From the NCBI GenBank assembly GCA_029858565.1, contig JAOUEV010000057.1, positions 1 through 20,569 on the forward strand: a stretch of DNA of 20,569 bases. The letters are read 5' to 3'. A program made the position numbers and the translations under genes. The notes under the pieces are model-generated. The model had not been told where the DNA came from. It ran no database searches and worked only from the letters and a program-made list of their open reading frames with translations. The stretch's first letter is position 1. The number at the start of each line of letters is the position of its first letter. This DNA is from Nitrospirota bacterium. GTDB lineage: Bacteria > Nitrospirota > UBA9217. Below, piece by piece: positions 16,140-20,569 of the stretch.

Positions 16140-19100
16140 ATGAAAATATTCACGCTCGCAACACTAACGGTTCTTCTTCTGGCATTTACCACAGCGCTGC
16201 CTGCTGCTCTAGCAGCGGATCGGGAAAGCGTTGTGACCGACCTAAAGAACCCGGAGTGGGACATCCGCTGGAATGCTATCCAGGAGTTGAACCGGCATCC
16301 CGATGCCTCCACGACCGACGCCCTAATCGAATCCTGCGGCGATCCGCTTGCGGACATCCGTGACAAGGCCGCCGACACGCTCGCTGCTATTGGCAAGCCT
16401 GCGCTGCCGAAGCTTCTGAAGGCGCTCAACAACCAGCGGGACGATGTCGTCATTTGCGCCTGCGTCAGTCTGGGGAGGATCAAGGACCCTGCTGCAATTG
16501 ACCCGCTCATCCGGACGCTCCAGCATCGTGCCGCCCGCGTGCGGGAAAGCGCGCTCGAAGCGCTGGGCGCGTTGCAGTCCTCCCGCGCCTCGGACAGCAT
16601 TGTTCCGCTGCTCAAGGACCCTGACGAACAGGTGCGGGAGAAGGCGCTTTTGGTCATGGGTGATCTTCGCGACCCGCGGGTGATCGACGGACTGATCCTG
16701 GGCCTCAAGAGTAGGAATGACAAGGTCACTTCCGCCTCCTACCGTGCGCTCGTTGCTATCGGTCCCTCTGCCGTGCCGAAGCTGGTGAAACAGATCGAAG
16801 GGAACGACTGGAGCCTCAAGTACAAGGTCATCGAGATCCTGGCGGCCATGAAGTCGCCCGAAGCGATCGCTGGCCTGGTGCGGCTGGTGGGCAGCGATCA
16901 GCAGCAGCTCAGGGAAACCGCAGGGTATAAGCTCCAGCAGATCGGCGAGCAGGTCGTGGATCCGCTCATCGCCTGCCTGCGGTCCCCTGATCCCCGGACG
17001 CGCCAGGCGGCCGCGACCATCCTCGGGAACATGAAGGCCGCGAAAGCCGAGACCCCGCTCCTCAAGCTCCTGAAAGACAATGACCCGACTGTGCGCGGAG
17101 CGGCTGCTTCGGCTCTCGGCTCGTTCAAGAACATGAGGATCCTCGAAGCTTGCCTGCCGCTGCTCCAAGACCGGGACGAGTCCGTCCGCGCCAGCGTGCT
17201 CGAAGGCCTGAACAAGATGGCATATCCCTGGCTCGTCGAGGAGTTTATCAGTGCGACGACCGACCGGTCAGCGAAAGTCCGTCTGAAAGCAGTGACCATA
17301 CTCAAGGAACTGCACGACCTGCGCATCGTGCGCACTTTTCAGAGGACCCTCAAGGACCCAGATCCGGAAGTGCGGGAAAGATCGCTCTGGGGGCTGTACA
17401 GCCGCGCAAGCCGTGAGCAGGAGTCCGAGGCGGGAGCTTCCCTGATCAATGATCCCAGCCAGAAGGTTCGGCTAGCCGCCGTCGGAGTCCTAGCCCGTAA
17501 CCTACATTCCGCGGTAGGGATGAAGGCAGGCCTGACCGCGCTCGGTGATGGCGATCCGGAGGTCAGAAAAGCGGTTGCCAAGAGCTTCATCTACAGCTTC
17601 TCCAAAGACGAGCGCATCGCCAAGCCGTTCCTGGATGCGCTAGTCAAGGAAAGGGATCCGGAGATGCTGTCCTTCCTGGTTGAGTTTGTCAATATCTATG
17701 ACAGCCGTGATGCGCGCGCGGTCGAGCCGATCCTGACGCTCCTGCAGAGCGAGAAGGAACATGTGCGTGCGGCTGCCGCTCGGGCGCTCGGCACGCTCAG
17801 GGACAAGCGGGCCATCGGACCGCTTGCGGCGCTCCTGAAGGACCCCGATATCTATGTCCAAGACCGGGCCGTGGCTGCGCTCCGGAAGATCTATCCGCAT
17901 TTCCCGGAAGCTCAGTTCGCGCCTATAATCGAGAACCGATTCCGGGCCTTGAAGCACAGCGAAGCTGGGGTCCGGCGGGTCGCGGCGTACGATTTTGGGC
18001 TGATGGAGGAACAAAGCGCGGTCCCGGCGCTAATCGATGCCATCGGCGACCGCGATCACGAGGTGAGCGAAAAGGCCATCAGCGCACTAGGTGAGATCGG
18101 CGACCGGCGAGCAATCAAGCCACTCCTCGCGATCATGCAGAAGCATCCGAGCGGCCGGACGGGCGACGAAACCTGGCGATTCCAAGGCTCCGCAGCGAGG
18201 GCGCTGAAGCGCCTGAAGGACCCGGCTTCCATCGGGCCGCTCATCAAGATCATGAAGGACCCCCGGACGAACCAGGGCCACGAGGCAGGCGACATACTGG
18301 CCGAAATCGGTGACCCGGCGGTGGCCCCGCTGATCGATGAGCTCAGGGACCGCTCGAGCCCAGCCCGCATCCTCGCCGCCTTTGCGCTCGCGAAGACCCA
18401 CGACCCCCGAGCAGGGGAACCTCTCGCCGAGGCCTTCCGGGAGAAGGGCGACACTATCTTTCAACAGATTTTCATCGAGATGGGCTCTCCAGCAGTTACT
18501 GCGCTCATCGGCCTGACAAAGGACGGTTTGCCGAATATTCGCGCGCAGGCGGTAACCATACTCGGCAGGATCGGCGACCCCCGCGCCGTTGACGCGCTGA
18601 TAGCGGCAACGGCCGATGCGGATACGCGTGTCCGCTTTGCGGCTGCATCTGCATTGGGCTCGCTGCGGTCAGCGGCGGCTGTAAAGCCCCTCACCGGGAT
18701 GCTTGCGGACCCCGCACACGGCCATGAGGCAGGCAAGGCGCTCAAGATGATCGGAGAACCGGCTGTGGAACCCCTCATCGCTATAATGCGATCGGCTGAC
18801 CCGATCGCTCGCCGCAATGCTGTAGCGCTTCCGGAAAATGTCAGCAACAGAGCATTTGCGCCCGTCTTGCTGTTAGGCCTAGGGGACAAGGACCGCGATG
18901 TCCGAGTGACGACCCTTCGCGCCTTGAGCGATTACGGCAGATCAGTCGCCGACATGGAAATCCCGGGAAACCGGTTCGTGCCGCTCCTGGGAGACCTGGA
19001 CGCAGAGGTCAGGAAAACCTCCGCAGTCATCCTCGGGTATTACAAGAGCCGGACTTTCATCAAGCCCCTCTGCGGCGTGCTTCTCGACCAGGACCAGTCT

Positions 19101-19181
19101 GTGAGGTCCGCCGCGCTCGGATCCCTCGGAGCGATCGGCCATCCTGACGCAGACCGGTGCATTGAGAGGCGCACGCCCTGA
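16140..19181 (+). CDS. Secreted HEAT-repeat (PBS-lyase-like) protein, about 1013 aa
   Basis: Signal peptide MKIFTLATLTVLLLAFTTALPAALA, then continuous repeats of about 31 aa (LxDxDxxVRxxAAxALGxIxDxRAVxPL). The ORF-track start at 15885 overlaps the SIMPL gene and is unlikely. Confidence 0.9.
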   Translation: MKIFTLATLTVLLLAFTTALPAALAADRESVVTDLKNPEWDIRWNAIQELNRHPDASTTDALIESCGDPLADIRDKAADTLAAIGKPALPKLLKALNNQRDDVVICACVSLGRIKDPAAIDPLIRTLQHRAARVRESALEALGALQSSRASDSIVPLLKDPDEQVREKALLVMGDLRDPRVIDGLILGLKSRNDKVTSASYRALVAIGPSAVPKLVKQIEGNDWSLKYKVIEILAAMKSPEAIAGLVRLVGSDQQQLRETAGYKLQQIGEQVVDPLIACLRSPDPRTRQAAATILGNMKAAKAETPLLKLLKDNDPTVRGAAASALGSFKNMRILEACLPLLQDRDESVRASVLEGLNKMAYPWLVEEFISATTDRSAKVRLKAVTILKELHDLRIVRTFQRTLKDPDPEVRERSLWGLYSRASREQESEAGASLINDPSQKVRLAAVGVLARNLHSAVGMKAGLTALGDGDPEVRKAVAKSFIYSFSKDERIAKPFLDALVKERDPEMLSFLVEFVNIYDSRDARAVEPILTLLQSEKEHVRAAAARALGTLRDKRAIGPLAALLKDPDIYVQDRAVAALRKIYPHFPEAQFAPIIENRFRALKHSEAGVRRVAAYDFGLMEEQSAVPALIDAIGDRDHEVSEKAISALGEIGDRRAIKPLLAIMQKHPSGRTGDETWRFQGSAARALKRLKDPASIGPLIKIMKDPRTNQGHEAGDILAEIGDPAVAPLIDELRDRSSPARILAAFALAKTHDPRAGEPLAEAFREKGDTIFQQIFIEMGSPAVTALIGLTKDGLPNIRAQAVTILGRIGDPRAVDALIAATADADTRVRFAAASALGSLRSAAAVKPLTGMLADPAHGHEAGKALKMIGEPAVEPLIAIMRSADPIARRNAVALPENVSNRAFAPVLLLGLGDKDRDVRVTTLRALSDYGRSVADMEIPGNRFVPLLGDLDAEVRKTSAVILGYYKSRTFIKPLCGVLLDQDQSVRSAALGSLGAIGHPDADRCIERRTP

Positions 19182-19210
19182 CCGCGGGTCGTGCCTTTGG
19201 AGAAGCGACC

Positions 19211-20125
19211 ATGCGAATGATCCTTTATGCTGCCTCGATAGTAGTGTCCGTTCTTTACGCTGTTCCTGGTACGACGCAGGATGCCACAGACCTGCTGATC
19301 CTCCAGGACATAGGCACCTACACTTTATCGACGCCCAAGAAGCTCATCCCCGGATTCCCTCCGGTCGGCGGCCCTCTCGCGCAGAACAATAGCGGTGCGC
19401 TGGCCGAGGTCGATCATTTCCCCTTCCATGGGGACGTGACCGCGAAGGTTTTTTACCACGGCGGCAAGGGCACGGCGTCCCCGACGGTCACGGTTACCCG
19501 CCATGCTGGCGACGAAGCGGACCAATGGCTGTCCCATGAGGTGGACGCGGCGTTCCGGAATTACGGACAGCCCGCACGGACCTATATCCTGGACACCATC
19601 GAAGGGAACGCGGTCATCACGCGGTTCATAGGCGGCGCGGAATACCGATGGCTCAGCGGGAATACTGTCGTGCATATAGAATACCACGACTCGACACTCG
19701 GCAAGACGAAGCCGCTCGAAGTGATCAAAGCATACCTGGCCAAGTACCCTTCGACGCTGAGAACGACCTCGTATAAGGACTTGGTGAGCAAGGAGAACAA
19801 GACCGCATGGATCCGGGAGGAGATGGAGCGCCGCTTGTGGCTGTGCGATGCCTGGCTCAAAGCGATCGGAGCAGGCACGGTCCGGATTGGGCCGGGGCTG
19901 TCGAATATCGCCGACAGCCTGAAGTCCTTCAATAAATACCGGAAGAAGTATTATGGATTGAAATCCTTGCCGGACGAAAGGACGATTGACGGCTACGCGG
20001 AGAACTTGCAGGGAAGCGAGATCAAGGCACTGGTACAGGAGTCCAGAACGTGGTGGTCAAGCAAGCGTTCCGGCAGCCTCATCCTCGACCTTAGCAGCCC
20101 ATTAAGCAAGGATGATGAAGAATAA
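19211..20125 (+). CDS. Hypothetical exported protein
   Basis: RBS GGAG; hydrophobic N-terminus MRMILYAASIVVSVLYAVPG; no family recognised. Confidence 0.75.
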   Translation: MRMILYAASIVVSVLYAVPGTTQDATDLLILQDIGTYTLSTPKKLIPGFPPVGGPLAQNNSGALAEVDHFPFHGDVTAKVFYHGGKGTASPTVTVTRHAGDEADQWLSHEVDAAFRNYGQPARTYILDTIEGNAVITRFIGGAEYRWLSGNTVVHIEYHDSTLGKTKPLEVIKAYLAKYPSTLRTTSYKDLVSKENKTAWIREEMERRLWLCDAWLKAIGAGTVRIGPGLSNIADSLKSFNKYRKKYYGLKSLPDERTIDGYAENLQGSEIKALVQESRTWWSSKRSGSLILDLSSPLSKDDEE

Positions 20126-20270
20126 CCTTACCATGAGATAGATCAAAAAGCCGAAGCGTGGAGAGACAGGGACATGAAGCAACTCACTCAGGGGGACATC
20201 CTCTATCTGTACTTTATGAGAAAGAAGAAATGCATGCTTTGAAACAACGACAGGAAGTAAAACAGAAAAC

Positions 20271-20543
20271 ATGATTCAAAAATCCCATAGCCGCCACATC
20301 ATCTATCCTCTTCTGACAAGCGCCCTCTTCTTCGCGATCGCACTTTCCCCGGTCGACCTGCTGGGCTGCAAGACCCGCGGCTTGCTGGCATTCGTGATCG
20401 CTTTCGGGAGCGGGATCGGGGCGCTTTATTCCGTGATCAAGGCGTTGAAGGGGAGAGTGAAGGGGGATAAGGATGCATCGTGGTGGATCGTCAGTACCCT
20501 GCTTTTGACCATACCTGTTGTGGCTTTGCTGATATTGGCGTGA
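20271..20543 (+). CDS. Small hypothetical membrane protein (3 TM)
   Basis: Three hydrophobic segments; co-oriented with the accessory tract. Confidence 0.7.
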   Translation: MIQKSHSRHIIYPLLTSALFFAIALSPVDLLGCKTRGLLAFVIAFGSGIGALYSVIKALKGRVKGDKDASWWIVSTLLLTIPVVALLILA

Positions 20544-20569
20544 GAAGACCGAAGCTTCTAGCCCCCCCC

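Overview
A bacterial chromosomal window, mostly GC-rich; gene content suggests a Nitrospirota- or Desulfobacterota-like anaerobe or microaerophile (inference only). From left to right it holds a 5'-truncated dinB followed by lexA, then a selenium/sulfur block. That block is a selenocysteine-containing selD whose true start, in-frame UGA and SECIS hairpin are missed by the ORF track, followed by yedF, a Cys-rich ArsR regulator with a palindromic operator, and sulfide:quinone oxidoreductase. Next come a lytic transglycosylase, two CIRCE-preceded Hsp20 genes, a CarF/TMEM189-family desaturase, two membrane hypotheticals, a LURP-one/scramblase-like gene and pyk. The window ends in a co-oriented accessory tract: an AT-rich tandem YfbR-like HD protein whose HD dyad reads QG, an AT-rich membrane-anchored hypothetical, a SIMPL protein, a ~1,000-aa secreted HEAT-repeat protein and two hypotheticals. 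The intergenic DNA is dense in oriented 7-bp and 8-bp tandem arrays and BoxC-like palindromes, and one 7-bp array is translated inside yedF. No rRNA, tRNA, CRISPR array, integrase or transposase was recognised.
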